DNA of 64,000 bases from the IMG/VR virus record IMGVR_UViG_3300032038_000005, positions 64,001 through 128,000 of that record; one strand, 5' to 3'. Positions 9,133 to 18,585 of the stretch are shown in pieces (position 1 is the first letter of the stretch; the number at the start of each line of letters is the position of its first letter). Below the pieces are notes generated by a model, which saw nothing but the letters and a program-made list of their open reading frames with translations, made no database searches and had not been told where the DNA came from. A program made the position numbers and the translations under genes. Source of the stretch: a virus (Duplodnaviria > Caudoviricetes).

Positions 9133-10899
9133 TTAATCCAATGGAATTAAGTTTATCTCCATATTTTCCAGCCTCCGAGATACGCGGAAAAGTAATGTCT
9201 GAGAAATATCGCTAATGGGAATGTGGCGATCTACATGACCACAATAGGGACATGTAATCTCATCCAAATAGAATTCCGCCGGTGCAGACATACTGTGTGC
9301 ATCCATTGCAAGTTTTACAATCAACATAGAATCTCTCATCAATTTGATATTGTTGATCTGCTTTTCGATCTCTTCCCATTTTGTGAAACGGTATTCTTTA
9401 TTCGGGTTATTCGGATCTGGAACGTTGATTGCAGAGATTCTAAGCAGGCATGCCATCTTGTATGCAAAATTCATCAATGTAGGATCACCAATCAATGTCT
9501 CTTCATCGAAGTTGTCCATGTTTGGATCTTCCGGTCTCTTCTCGGCATATTTCTCAATAATGAGTGGGAGCTTTTCATGGACATATTCATATGCAGACGG
9601 CTCATTGATTTCCACAATAATACCCGTTTCAGGAAGCTTGTAACGTGTACGCTTCTTATTAATCTCATTGAATAACTGTATCGCGCTTGGTCCTGGTGCG
9701 GCATTATGTACACTCCAATATTTCTTAGGAAGTCTGTCTTCCTTCAGATGGATAATGGTTCTTGGAACATATGTGATTTCATGACGTTTTGCACAGTTAG
9801 GATTTCCACAAACGATGGTAAGTTTTTCTGTTTCATCAGCAGTTGCTGTTAACACAGCCCATTCCAGAATCGGAATATCTGCATATTTTGTCTTTTTCAA
9901 GAAATCTTCAAAGTTTTCAAATGCACCGATGGAAACATTCTTGATGTGATCGTAGATAACACTCATCTTCTGTACTTGGAAATCTGTCTTAGAATTGGAA
10001 GATGGTGCAGCCAAATCAATGGATTCAAACCAGTTGACAGGACGAATCACACATTTGTATCCGGATAATGGTAATGTAACAGGAACATCATTCAGATTAG
10101 ATTCATATGGATGGATAATACCAGGTGTAACGGGATTCTCAATGACAGTAACCGCTTTCATTTCTTCTTCTGTTACTTCACGAACATGAACATTCACAAC
10201 ATTGGTTCTGGTTGTTGCGATTTCTGCAACTTCCTCCGGAATATTAACAACCACATCTCTTGTTCCAGCTTCTACATCAATATTGATTGTCATCGGCTCT
10301 GCACTTGGAGCTGCGGCATTTCCTGTCGACTGTACATTCGTTGTCGATGCATCTGCCACGGGATAAGCGTTTCCTGTTTGGGGATCTACATGTTCCCAAT
10401 TGTTCAGAATGACTTGTTCAAATTCTGGTGTAATTTCGTCTCCATTCTGATAATATAAAGACAATAAGTCACCTTGTACAAAACGTTGCTTCTCTTTTGG
10501 AATACCACCGGTAAGATGGTATTTTGCTTTGACCTTTTCAATCATACCGGTAACAACAGCAAGATGGTCTGCTTGTAAACCAACTGCTTCTGCCTGGAAC
10601 TCAGGATCCAGTGAACGTGGAGGCATCTCTTTTACCGGCTTCTCATTTGCTCTGCGCTCTGCAAAAATTGCCTCTTTCCGAGCACGTTCTTCCTCTTCAA
10701 GACGCTGTTCTTCTTCTGCAAGTTCTTTCTCAAAATCATTTACACCATAAATATCATCATCCATATACTCTTCAGGTGGAGTGATTTTATTCACAACCGG
10801 TGTCGGTGGTTCGTCATCTTCTGTTGGAATACCAAACGCCTCTTGCGTTTGCTTAATGATATTTTCCAGCGGATCGACAAATCCATTATTCTCTGCCAT
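9133..10899 (-). CDS. Baseplate hub assembly/tail chaperone protein (T4 gp26-like) with Zn-ribbon motifs
   Basis: VTLPLSGYKCVIRP, CGNPNC and CPYCGH; start moved to MAENNGF (AAGGAGA RBS). Confidence 0.6.
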   Translation of the reverse strand: MAENNGFVDPLENIIKQTQEAFGIPTEDDEPPTPVVNKITPPEEYMDDDIYGVNDFEKELAEEEQRLEEEERARKEAIFAERRANEKPVKEMPPRSLDPEFQAEAVGLQADHLAVVTGMIEKVKAKYHLTGGIPKEKQRFVQGDLLSLYYQNGDEITPEFEQVILNNWEHVDPQTGNAYPVADASTTNVQSTGNAAAPSAEPMTINIDVEAGTRDVVVNIPEEVAEIATTRTNVVNVHVREVTEEEMKAVTVIENPVTPGIIHPYESNLNDVPVTLPLSGYKCVIRPVNWFESIDLAAPSSNSKTDFQVQKMSVIYDHIKNVSIGAFENFEDFLKKTKYADIPILEWAVLTATADETEKLTIVCGNPNCAKRHEITYVPRTIIHLKEDRLPKKYWSVHNAAPGPSAIQLFNEINKKRTRYKLPETGIIVEINEPSAYEYVHEKLPLIIEKYAEKRPEDPNMDNFDEETLIGDPTLMNFAYKMACLLRISAINVPDPNNPNKEYRFTKWEEIEKQINNIKLMRDSMLIVKLAMDAHSMSAPAEFYLDEITCPYCGHVDRHIPISDISQTLLFRVSRRLENMEINLIPLD

Positions 10900-10974
10900 A
10901 ATGAAACATCTCCTTATAAGTATTTCTGGTATACATATCATTGATAAGAATACCAGATGAAAGGGGTCATGTAC

Positions 10975-11673
10975 ATGCATGAAAAATTATTATGGACCAA
11001 TGACAATATCCAATTTTTGTTTCACACAAACATCATGGAATATGACATGGTCGCAGCATCGTTATCCGTATCAAAGAGATTCCAGCTGTTGGATAACGAA
11101 ACAATTGCACAGCTGAATCTATTGCCTAAGAAAGAAAGAACAAGAAGAGTGGGACTCATCCAAAAGGATGATAAAATATATTCAGAGAAGCTATTGAATG
11201 GTATTATAAATATTAGAAAAACATTTCTGGAAAATAATGGTTTAGACGAAACCAATGTTTTATCATTGCATTCTGACGCAGTGCTGTTCCAGTCTAAGAA
11301 GAAGATTCAAACAATCGCTGATGGAGTGGAATTCAAGAAGAAAGGACAATGGACAAGTTATCTTCGTTACCATAACATTGAGATGTTTTATGGGGATGGA
11401 TATATCACATACAAGAACATCAACAAAGAGATGCTGAAGGAACATACAATGGGCATTAATATGTATCTGATCAAAGTCTTTCAGATGATTGAAGACTATG
11501 ACGAAGAAGTATTATCGTTCTTATCAAAGTTCCAGACACAATATCTACAAGACAAATTGCCGGAATATGATTACCTGTCATTCGGTAAAGTCGCACAGTA
11601 TAAAACGTATAATATGCAACTGTTTGCATTCATTGCAAATGTTGTATTACAAGAAATGAGAGGGTGGAGATAA
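10975..11673 (+). CDS. Small divergent family-B DNA polymerase-like (palm-only) protein
   Basis: MEYDMVAASLS (motif A-like) and LSLHSDAVLF (motif C-like) in ~232 aa; AGGGGT RBS. Confidence 0.55.
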   Translation: MHEKLLWTNDNIQFLFHTNIMEYDMVAASLSVSKRFQLLDNETIAQLNLLPKKERTRRVGLIQKDDKIYSEKLLNGIINIRKTFLENNGLDETNVLSLHSDAVLFQSKKKIQTIADGVEFKKKGQWTSYLRYHNIEMFYGDGYITYKNINKEMLKEHTMGINMYLIKVFQMIEDYDEEVLSFLSKFQTQYLQDKLPEYDYLSFGKVAQYKTYNMQLFAFIANVVLQEMRGWR

Positions 11674-12335
11674 TGTATCGTATTCGATTTAGACCGTATC
11701 GCATTAACTACAAAATTGGTGATGATAATACGTTAGCTTGTTATCGCGTTTATTCACAGGACATGACAATGATGCAGATGTTCATCAAACAACATAACTT
11801 TGACCCGCAACAAACGTATATTGAAAACATCCCAGATGAATTAGCAGGTGAAGATGATTTGGATGCACATGAATTGAAGTTCATCAGATTACAAAGTAAT
11901 GAAGACAATACTGTCCATCAGATTGTCACATCGACACATCTGTTCGACTTAGCAGTTGATTATGTGACGAACGAGTTATCCAATTTTCTGTTATTTGGAA
12001 CGACAATTCTCCGTCGTGATATTCAGGCCATCGACGTTGTTGTGAAATGCTTGGAGTCATTACCGTATACGCAGATTCTTGACCACTTGTTGATGGATGA
12101 CCAATCCACATATAATTATGCATTGGATGACACATCATGGATGAATGTAAAGAAAACAATCGACCAGATTACAAAAACCCCGGATTGGGATGCGTATGAT
12201 TTATCATTCCTTTACGAATTGATTGAACAAGGTTGTCATGGTGATGTCATGCCTATCACGTTAGAGGCATATGTAAAATCATTCGTAGAATTGATTAAGG
12301 GTGATACAATTCCCAATTGGGATGAACCATTTTAA
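11673..12335 (+). CDS. Hypothetical protein
   Basis: TAATG coupling to the upstream gene; GGAG RBS. Confidence 0.75.
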   Translation: MYRIRFRPYRINYKIGDDNTLACYRVYSQDMTMMQMFIKQHNFDPQQTYIENIPDELAGEDDLDAHELKFIRLQSNEDNTVHQIVTSTHLFDLAVDYVTNELSNFLLFGTTILRRDIQAIDVVVKCLESLPYTQILDHLLMDDQSTYNYALDDTSWMNVKKTIDQITKTPDWDAYDLSFLYELIEQGCHGDVMPITLEAYVKSFVELIKGDTIPNWDEPF

Positions 12336-12354
12336 ACAAATAGGAGGAATGTAT

Positions 12355-12750
12355 ATGGCAAAGAAAATAGTAACCCCAAGTGAACTTGTCATCAGTCACA
12401 AGCCGAAGAACTTCAAGTATCGGTATATTATCAAAGACGATGCGTTTCTCAAAGCACTGGAACAGGAGCAGTTCAACTTTGATGAACTGGATACGATTCA
12501 TAACGACATGCTTGTTCATGAAGCATTGCAGTGTGAAATGCAATTGTATGAAAGGACCATCATCGGAAAAGCCAAAGAACCGACTGTCATGGAAAATGGT
12601 GTGATTGTATCTAAGAGGATGGTCACAAAAGCTGATAAGAAATTACAGCAGTTTGGTATCGGATATTTCGATTATGATAATATGCATTATGTCGTCATGC
12701 GAATGTATTATGAGAAATTTGATATCATTGAAATCTTCGTGTTAACGTAA
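12355..12750 (+). CDS. Hypothetical protein
   Basis: AGGAGG RBS before MAKKIVTP. Confidence 0.7.
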   Translation: MAKKIVTPSELVISHKPKNFKYRYIIKDDAFLKALEQEQFNFDELDTIHNDMLVHEALQCEMQLYERTIIGKAKEPTVMENGVIVSKRMVTKADKKLQQFGIGYFDYDNMHYVVMRMYYEKFDIIEIFVLT

Positions 12751-12757
12751 ACAGAAA

Positions 12758-12779
12758 TGGTGGGGCATATGCCCCACCA
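12758..12779. terminator. Bidirectional terminator/GGGGCATATGCCCC palindrome
   Basis: TGGTGGGGC-ATAT-GCCCCACCA between convergent genes. Confidence 0.7.
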
Positions 12780-12800
12780 CCATCTGTATATTTTTTGTCG

Positions 12801-13946
12801 TCAAGATGTTGTAGTCTGACTTGAAGGATTTGCATATGATGCATAGCTTGTTGTATCATCAACATCAGTCCAGATCTGCTGTTGATCCTGATCCAGACCA
12901 AAATACTGGCTATGAGAAGCCGGCGTAATCGTATAATCAGTAAGACCTTGACGTTCATCAAATTTGCCTTCAGGTTTGAATGCGGGATAGTTGCCTGCAT
13001 CGGTCTGTACAGCATCTTTATTCGGGCGTTTACCACTGTTAAACATTTTCGTATCAATCCTTGTAGAGTTCTTAGATGTGAAGAATGCATCACCAGCACC
13101 AGGGTTGAAGTTCATGGAATTACCAAAGATTGCAAACTGGTTGACATATCTGGAAGCCAAGTCATTGATGTATGCAGACTGTACAAACTGACAGTTGTAT
13201 GTTAGATTCAATTTTTGAATTTCAGACTGTCCTGTGTTTGTGTGGTTGAAAATCTCAGAACCAACTTGTCCTTGTGGAATACAGCCTAATGCAGCAACTG
13301 CACCTTCAACACGAGCACCGCTTCTGTCAAGAGCGATGATTAAGAATTCAGCAACTTCCCATGCGGGAGAAGGTTCCAGAGCCTCCGTTGTTCCACTTCC
13401 ATCAGTACTAAAGATCTTGCGGTTAATACCATTGGAATCGACCCATCCAGCAACATTACCAAGATATGTTGCGAAGCCAGTAATACTGTCAGCAATACCA
13501 TTAACCCACATATTATGTACATTGGCCATAGGACGACCTACCAGTTCAGGAACTGTAATGGTGAGGGTCTGACCTTGCTGTGCATTCTGTGTAGTCGGGA
13601 TAGGAATGGTTCTTCCTGCGAAACCGCCTTGAAGCTGAGTCGTTCCAAGCTGTTGGTCTTGAATATTACATGTAATACCCATGTTGTAATATTCCAACAC
13701 TTTTTTGTATGTGAAGAATGGTGAAGCAGAATCATAACTGTTCGTTGCATTAAAATATTTCATCAAGAAATAAGGTCCACGATACATCACACAAATCACT
13801 CTGTTGGTGGTTTCAGGACTTAAGCTTCGTAGTGTGTGAATATCTGGAGTCAAGCCACCGAGCATACCTGTATATTGACCCAAGTCACCATTGTATTCAC
13901 GAATACCAGATTGAAGGGTAATTCTGTTTGTTGACATTTTTGCCAT
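12801..13946 (-). CDS. Putative tail tube protein
   Basis: Directly downstream of the sheath gene; beta-rich; LTITVPELVG...WVNGIAD pattern typical of jumbo-phage tube proteins. Confidence 0.65.
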   Translation of the reverse strand: MAKMSTNRITLQSGIREYNGDLGQYTGMLGGLTPDIHTLRSLSPETTNRVICVMYRGPYFLMKYFNATNSYDSASPFFTYKKVLEYYNMGITCNIQDQQLGTTQLQGGFAGRTIPIPTTQNAQQGQTLTITVPELVGRPMANVHNMWVNGIADSITGFATYLGNVAGWVDSNGINRKIFSTDGSGTTEALEPSPAWEVAEFLIIALDRSGARVEGAVAALGCIPQGQVGSEIFNHTNTGQSEIQKLNLTYNCQFVQSAYINDLASRYVNQFAIFGNSMNFNPGAGDAFFTSKNSTRIDTKMFNSGKRPNKDAVQTDAGNYPAFKPEGKFDERQGLTDYTITPASHSQYFGLDQDQQQIWTDVDDTTSYASYANPSSQTTTS

Positions 13947-13964
13947 ATCATTTCACTCCTTTCT

Positions 13965-16900
13965 TTAAGAAGTACGTCTATTCACATTCACGATGATCGG
14001 TACACGGAGTAACAGTCCACGGAATGTAACATCGACATAGCAAACAACAATGTCTCCACCATCAGTATTCAGGTCTCTTTCAAAACGGATGTTGAGAGAT
14101 TCCACACGAGTACCAACCCAGTTGGAGAAGATGTTGTTAATGGATTCCGTCATAGATGTGAGGATACCGTCATCCACATATTCCAGTAGCCAACTGTCAA
14201 GTTGGTTCTGAAGCAGATAGATCAACTGAGACAGTGTTCTCATGTTATTTTCCTGGAGAAGATCAGATGTACCAGTTTCTTCACGATACAGTGTTCTCTG
14301 GGATTTACGTTTGAGATTACCGTTGATATCAAGAACCCAGCTATTACCACCAGAAGAATACATCAGTTCTTCCAGATCCCAGCTTGTTGCATCAATGTTC
14401 GGGAAGAACTCTGTCCATTCGTCAGCTGGAACTTGTGCATAGTTATTAACAAACGGCTTGTTGATGGTGAATCGATTACAGTGTCTGAAGAGACCATCTA
14501 CAATTCTCTTGACATATGTGTATCTGATGCCGTTTAGTGCAGATACATAACCACCGATATCCCAAGAAGCATTTGGATTTGTAAATCTTGTCTGGAAAGA
14601 AGAATTCATCTTCTTCACAACTTCAATATCTGCAAAGCCAGAGTCAAGATATAACTGCAATCCAGAACCAGGCCCAACCGGACGTTTATCTTCCGGAATA
14701 CCCTGATAGCATCTCTGGATCATCAAATCATACATTGCTTGCTTTACGTCGATATCTGCATAAATGTGTTTTCCCTTTACGATGTCCTGATTCAATGCAT
14801 AATTTTCCTTTTCTTCATCAGTAAAGATTGTAGATGCATAAACCAAATCTTCGGTTGTGGGTTTGGAATATGGTAATGCTTTGATACCAAGAACCGTGTT
14901 ATATCCTGCGTCAAACAGGAACTTTGCTGGACATCTTGTGGTGGATAGAATACGGGGATCCACATCACCCTTGAATACCTTTACCAGCAATTCAGAGTAT
15001 TTCAGTTTCCGTTCGATATCGGAAATCTTTGGGTCATCAAAGAATCCAGAATAACCACCCGCAACATTCAAACCACCATTCTCAGACAGTGTGGAAATAC
15101 CATATTGACTGGAATAGTAATTCTTTTGTGGGTACACATTTGTATTCGCAATCTTAAACACGTTCAATGCTTGTCCAGTGATGCAATATCTGTACAGATA
15201 TTCTTCAATGGAAGAATGTTCTTTCACCCATGCTGCATCGGATGTTGCATTCAGATATGCGGTATCATCTGTGAAAGAAACATCATACATTGTACCGATA
15301 ATGTCATCATCCACATCAATCGAAGTGGGAGGTGTACCAACCCTGATATTGTTCTTTGTATAAATGGGAAGTGTTAGCAAATGAATTGTTTTTTCTCCAG
15401 TTTCATTTGTTGTGACATACGTATTCTCGATGATTTGTGCAATATTGTATACATTGTTCGCAATCTCTTCTGTTTGATAAGTTGCACTTGCTTTTGTATT
15501 ATCACTGAACATATCGACATCATTGATGACAAGTGAACCAATCTTTGTGAATGCACCAGCATTGGAGGTACATGTATCAAATGCTGCTGTTTCGGTATAA
15601 AGATGATCAACATCTGTAGTATAGTCGATACCAGTCTGAGAATAGAGACCCAAGATATCATAAATACCTTCGCCAGAATAATGAGAGGTGTAATCCAGAT
15701 AACGATAGATATTGGATCCATACTTGTAAACTGCGTTGATCCTGCTGTAGTTTGTGTTTTCAACATCTTCCACATCAGATACCAATAAGAGTTTAAATGT
15801 CTTAACATTATCCGCATTTGTATATCCAACGGCAATAACATCTTTCTCTTTCAGTTTGATGTCCTTCTTTGCCAAATCAGCATTTACTTTAGTAAGCAAT
15901 TGATCATCAGTGGGATTGGTGCTATCGACATATTCAAAGTATTTTGAAATCTGAACAGTATCAGTTTCATCTTCAACTTTATAGTCTTCAGATACTCGTT
16001 TTACCTTATTAATTGCCATGGAAGTGACAGCACCGGTATAGCTATTGATATTGGAAACAATATGAATGGTCGGGCATGTCTCTGCATTAACGAGGTAAAT
16101 CGTACCAGGTACAACAGAAGTTGTCTTAAAACCACTCGTTGCAATGTTTCCATTTGTATTAGCTTCCGTTTTATTTGCATCTGTTACGCCATACAATGTC
16201 TTGAAATAACTCTCCAATTTCTTCTGATAAATGATATTGACAATCTGATCAGCTTTAGGAGCTGTTGTAGATGTAATGTTTTCCAGTACATAATAAGTGT
16301 CATTAGATGACGGATCCCAAGTTGTATCTTCATCAACTGCAACAAACTTTCCATTGCTATCCTTTGTATAGAAATTTGTCGGCCAATTTTCTGGTTCAGG
16401 ACAACCGGTTTCATTCGGAACAAGTGCATTAGATGTATTTAATGGATCTGCTATGGCATATTTACTAACATCATCGACATCATCCGTTGCATAATATGTC
16501 GTATCAGGATCATATACTGAACCTAATGCAACATCTGTGAAATCACCAACAGCTGTAGGTGTTGTCTCAGTAGTGGTGAAATATCCACTTGTATTAAATT
16601 TCCATGAAAGAACAGATTGTGTCTTCTGATACTCTTTGATGGTCGGACCAACTACAACGATGTTATCATTATCCAATTTCGGAATATCGGGATCGATGGT
16701 ATTCACTCTCAGGAAGGGAATGTCAATAATCTGATCCTGATAAATAAATTTACCAAAGATCGGATCAAACAGATTCACATTCATAAGTTTACCAATGCTC
16801 TTGTAAGTTTTCAGTCTAACACTGGTAATGTTTTTTTCATCAATTAATTGTGCATCAAAGAATGTTCTCCATTCTTTATAGATGTTTTTGATCACGCTTT

Positions 16901-17747
16901 CATTGACATATGGAATCATGATGGAAGAACCTTCCAAACGTTTCTTCATCTGAACATTCACGGTGTCCATCTGTGTGGCAACACCATATGCAGAAAGCTT
17001 TGTTGCCTCATTGATCAGAGATGCAGTAAATCTTTCAATCTCGACATTTTCCGACATGCGAGTGTCAATTGTACCGAAGTTATATACTGCATTCTTGTAT
17101 TTCTTCTGCTGATCAAAAGATGGCTTGTTAATATAGATAGAAAAGTCATTATAGGCAGAGCCTCTACCGGCGGACACATAAGTCATTAAGACTTCACGTT
17201 TCCACGGATGTTCTGGATCAAGAGGATCGTCCAATGTATCTTTTGCCAATCTGGTAAATGTCATTTTTGCCAGTCTCTCCGTATTCGCAAAAGAGGAAAT
17301 GTCAATTGCTGCAGATGTGATATTTTCTACTGGAGCCTGATTCAGTCTAATCTCAACGACTTTGTCATCTTTGGTGTTGATGATCCTCCAATCGATGAAG
17401 ATGACAACAATGCCGTATGTTGCATCAGAAGGAGTCACACGAATCAACTTAACCGGTACACCCTGAGAAATCAGACTTGCTGGATATTCACAAGCCTGAC
17501 CATATTTCTCAATATCAGAAGTTGTCAATGTATCCGCACCGAATGCTTTATTCAGAACATCAGAACGTGTAATTGTCACAATTCTGTTGTCGACACCCAT
17601 GGGCATACCAGTTGCAACGATTGTCGCAAACAATGATGGATCATAAGTGATCGTCACCGGAGTGTCACCAGTATACATGGAATTGTCAACAATGTGAACC
17701 AAGGTATGGGGGAATGAATACTTTAGTCCAAATCTTGAATCAATCAT
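13965..17747 (-). CDS. Tail sheath protein with large insertions
   Basis: N-terminal PHTLVHIVDNS, AFG, RVTPSDAT; FLFDAGY; sheath-like C-terminus LLQENNMRTL...VDVTFRG. Confidence 0.8.
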   Translation of the reverse strand: MIDSRFGLKYSFPHTLVHIVDNSMYTGDTPVTITYDPSLFATIVATGMPMGVDNRIVTITRSDVLNKAFGADTLTTSDIEKYGQACEYPASLISQGVPVKLIRVTPSDATYGIVVIFIDWRIINTKDDKVVEIRLNQAPVENITSAAIDISSFANTERLAKMTFTRLAKDTLDDPLDPEHPWKREVLMTYVSAGRGSAYNDFSIYINKPSFDQQKKYKNAVYNFGTIDTRMSENVEIERFTASLINEATKLSAYGVATQMDTVNVQMKKRLEGSSIMIPYVNESVIKNIYKEWRTFFDAQLIDEKNITSVRLKTYKSIGKLMNVNLFDPIFGKFIYQDQIIDIPFLRVNTIDPDIPKLDNDNIVVVGPTIKEYQKTQSVLSWKFNTSGYFTTTETTPTAVGDFTDVALGSVYDPDTTYYATDDVDDVSKYAIADPLNTSNALVPNETGCPEPENWPTNFYTKDSNGKFVAVDEDTTWDPSSNDTYYVLENITSTTAPKADQIVNIIYQKKLESYFKTLYGVTDANKTEANTNGNIATSGFKTTSVVPGTIYLVNAETCPTIHIVSNINSYTGAVTSMAINKVKRVSEDYKVEDETDTVQISKYFEYVDSTNPTDDQLLTKVNADLAKKDIKLKEKDVIAVGYTNADNVKTFKLLLVSDVEDVENTNYSRINAVYKYGSNIYRYLDYTSHYSGEGIYDILGLYSQTGIDYTTDVDHLYTETAAFDTCTSNAGAFTKIGSLVINDVDMFSDNTKASATYQTEEIANNVYNIAQIIENTYVTTNETGEKTIHLLTLPIYTKNNIRVGTPPTSIDVDDDIIGTMYDVSFTDDTAYLNATSDAAWVKEHSSIEEYLYRYCITGQALNVFKIANTNVYPQKNYYSSQYGISTLSENGGLNVAGGYSGFFDDPKISDIERKLKYSELLVKVFKGDVDPRILSTTRCPAKFLFDAGYNTVLGIKALPYSKPTTEDLVYASTIFTDEEKENYALNQDIVKGKHIYADIDVKQAMYDLMIQRCYQGIPEDKRPVGPGSGLQLYLDSGFADIEVVKKMNSSFQTRFTNPNASWDIGGYVSALNGIRYTYVKRIVDGLFRHCNRFTINKPFVNNYAQVPADEWTEFFPNIDATSWDLEELMYSSGGNSWVLDINGNLKRKSQRTLYREETGTSDLLQENNMRTLSQLIYLLQNQLDSWLLEYVDDGILTSMTESINNIFSNWVGTRVESLNIRFERDLNTDGGDIVVCYVDVTFRGLLLRVPIIVNVNRRTS

Positions 17748-17852
17748 ATCCTTATTCTCCTTTACTATAAATTTGGTTTTGTATTAGAATCTATGGAATC
17801 GGATATAGAGCCTAAACAATTATAATTTTGTGTATTATAAGATACTATATTT

Positions 17853-17874
17853 GAACGCCCCATATGGGGCGTTC
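17853..17874. repeat. GCCCCATATGGGGC palindrome between divergent units
   Basis: GAACGCCCC-ATAT-GGGGCGTTC. Confidence 0.75.
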
Positions 17875-17890
17875 TATCATTTTGATTTTT

Positions 17891-17918
17891 CATATATATA
17901 TAATTAATATGATATGAA
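17891..17918 (+). promoter_or_regulatory. Putative phage early promoter motif, copy 2
   Basis: CATATATATATAATTAATATGATATGAA. Confidence 0.65.
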
Positions 17919-17929
17919 GAAGTGAAATG

Positions 17930-18049
17930 CTTCTTACATCTCGTCCCAGAGGTGGTTCCTATACTGTTAGGCATATCACATTCACTTGGGCATTGAACTA
18001 AGGCGACTTGTCATCGTCAGTCTAAGGGATGCACCGTGGAGGTGATTTT
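17930..18049 (+). ncRNA. Conserved structured 5' leader RNA, copy 2
   Basis: Homologous to 454-567 with covarying stems; RBS GGAGGTG inside the hairpin CACC-GTGGA-GGTG. Confidence 0.7.
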
Positions 18050-18499
18050 ATGTTCGATTATCTCAACCCCTATCTGTTCGGGGACAAAGAACAGGATGAT
18101 GTGCCGGAGGCTGTGCCTACTCCGACGCAGCAGAACCCCAGCATCAACTTCAACGTTAATGCTGAGGCGGTAACTGCCTTAGTTAGCGGGTTGGTGGCCA
18201 TTGCCGGCGCCTTTGCGAAAGCGAAGGCACAGGTACCCGCTGCACCGGCAGCACCCGCTGCACCGGCAGCACCCGCTGCTGATGACAACCTCCGTCAGGA
18301 GGTAGCCCAGCTGCAGTCTGGAATGAAATATCTCATTCAGCGGCAGGCAACCGCTGACAGAGATGCAGCCTACGATGCCGCAGAAAAAGCCTTCCAGGCA
18401 GCTGTGACAAAAGACCCCTCCAAAGCAATGGAGGCACTGGCTGGGTACAATGCAGCACGCAAGGCCGCTGACGAAGTCTACCACAAGTTGGTAGGCTAA
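18050..18499 (+). CDS. Ala/Pro-rich hypothetical (likely early) protein
   Basis: GGAGGTG RBS; hydrophobic segment, (PAA)n linker and helical C-terminus; visibly more GC-rich than its flanks. Confidence 0.8.
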   Translation: MFDYLNPYLFGDKEQDDVPEAVPTPTQQNPSINFNVNAEAVTALVSGLVAIAGAFAKAKAQVPAAPAAPAAPAAPAADDNLRQEVAQLQSGMKYLIQRQATADRDAAYDAAEKAFQAAVTKDPSKAMEALAGYNAARKAADEVYHKLVG

Positions 18500-18509
18500 G
18501 TCAAAACAT

Positions 18510-18585
18510 AATAACCGGGAGCGTTCCGTTCGGGAGCATGCTGATGTCGGCCTGACGCTCCCATTTGCTCCCGGTTATTTTTTTT
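18510..18585 (+). terminator. Conserved structured 3' element/terminator, copy 2
   Basis: AATAACCGGGAGCG...TGCTCCCGGTTATT plus T-tract, enclosing the core GGGAGCATGCTGATGTCGGCCTGACGCTCCC. Confidence 0.7.

Noticed and set aside
17947-17960. AGAGGTGGTTCC resembling a T-box or SAM-I riboswitch
   Set aside because: Not conserved in the homologous leader, and the other defining motifs are absent
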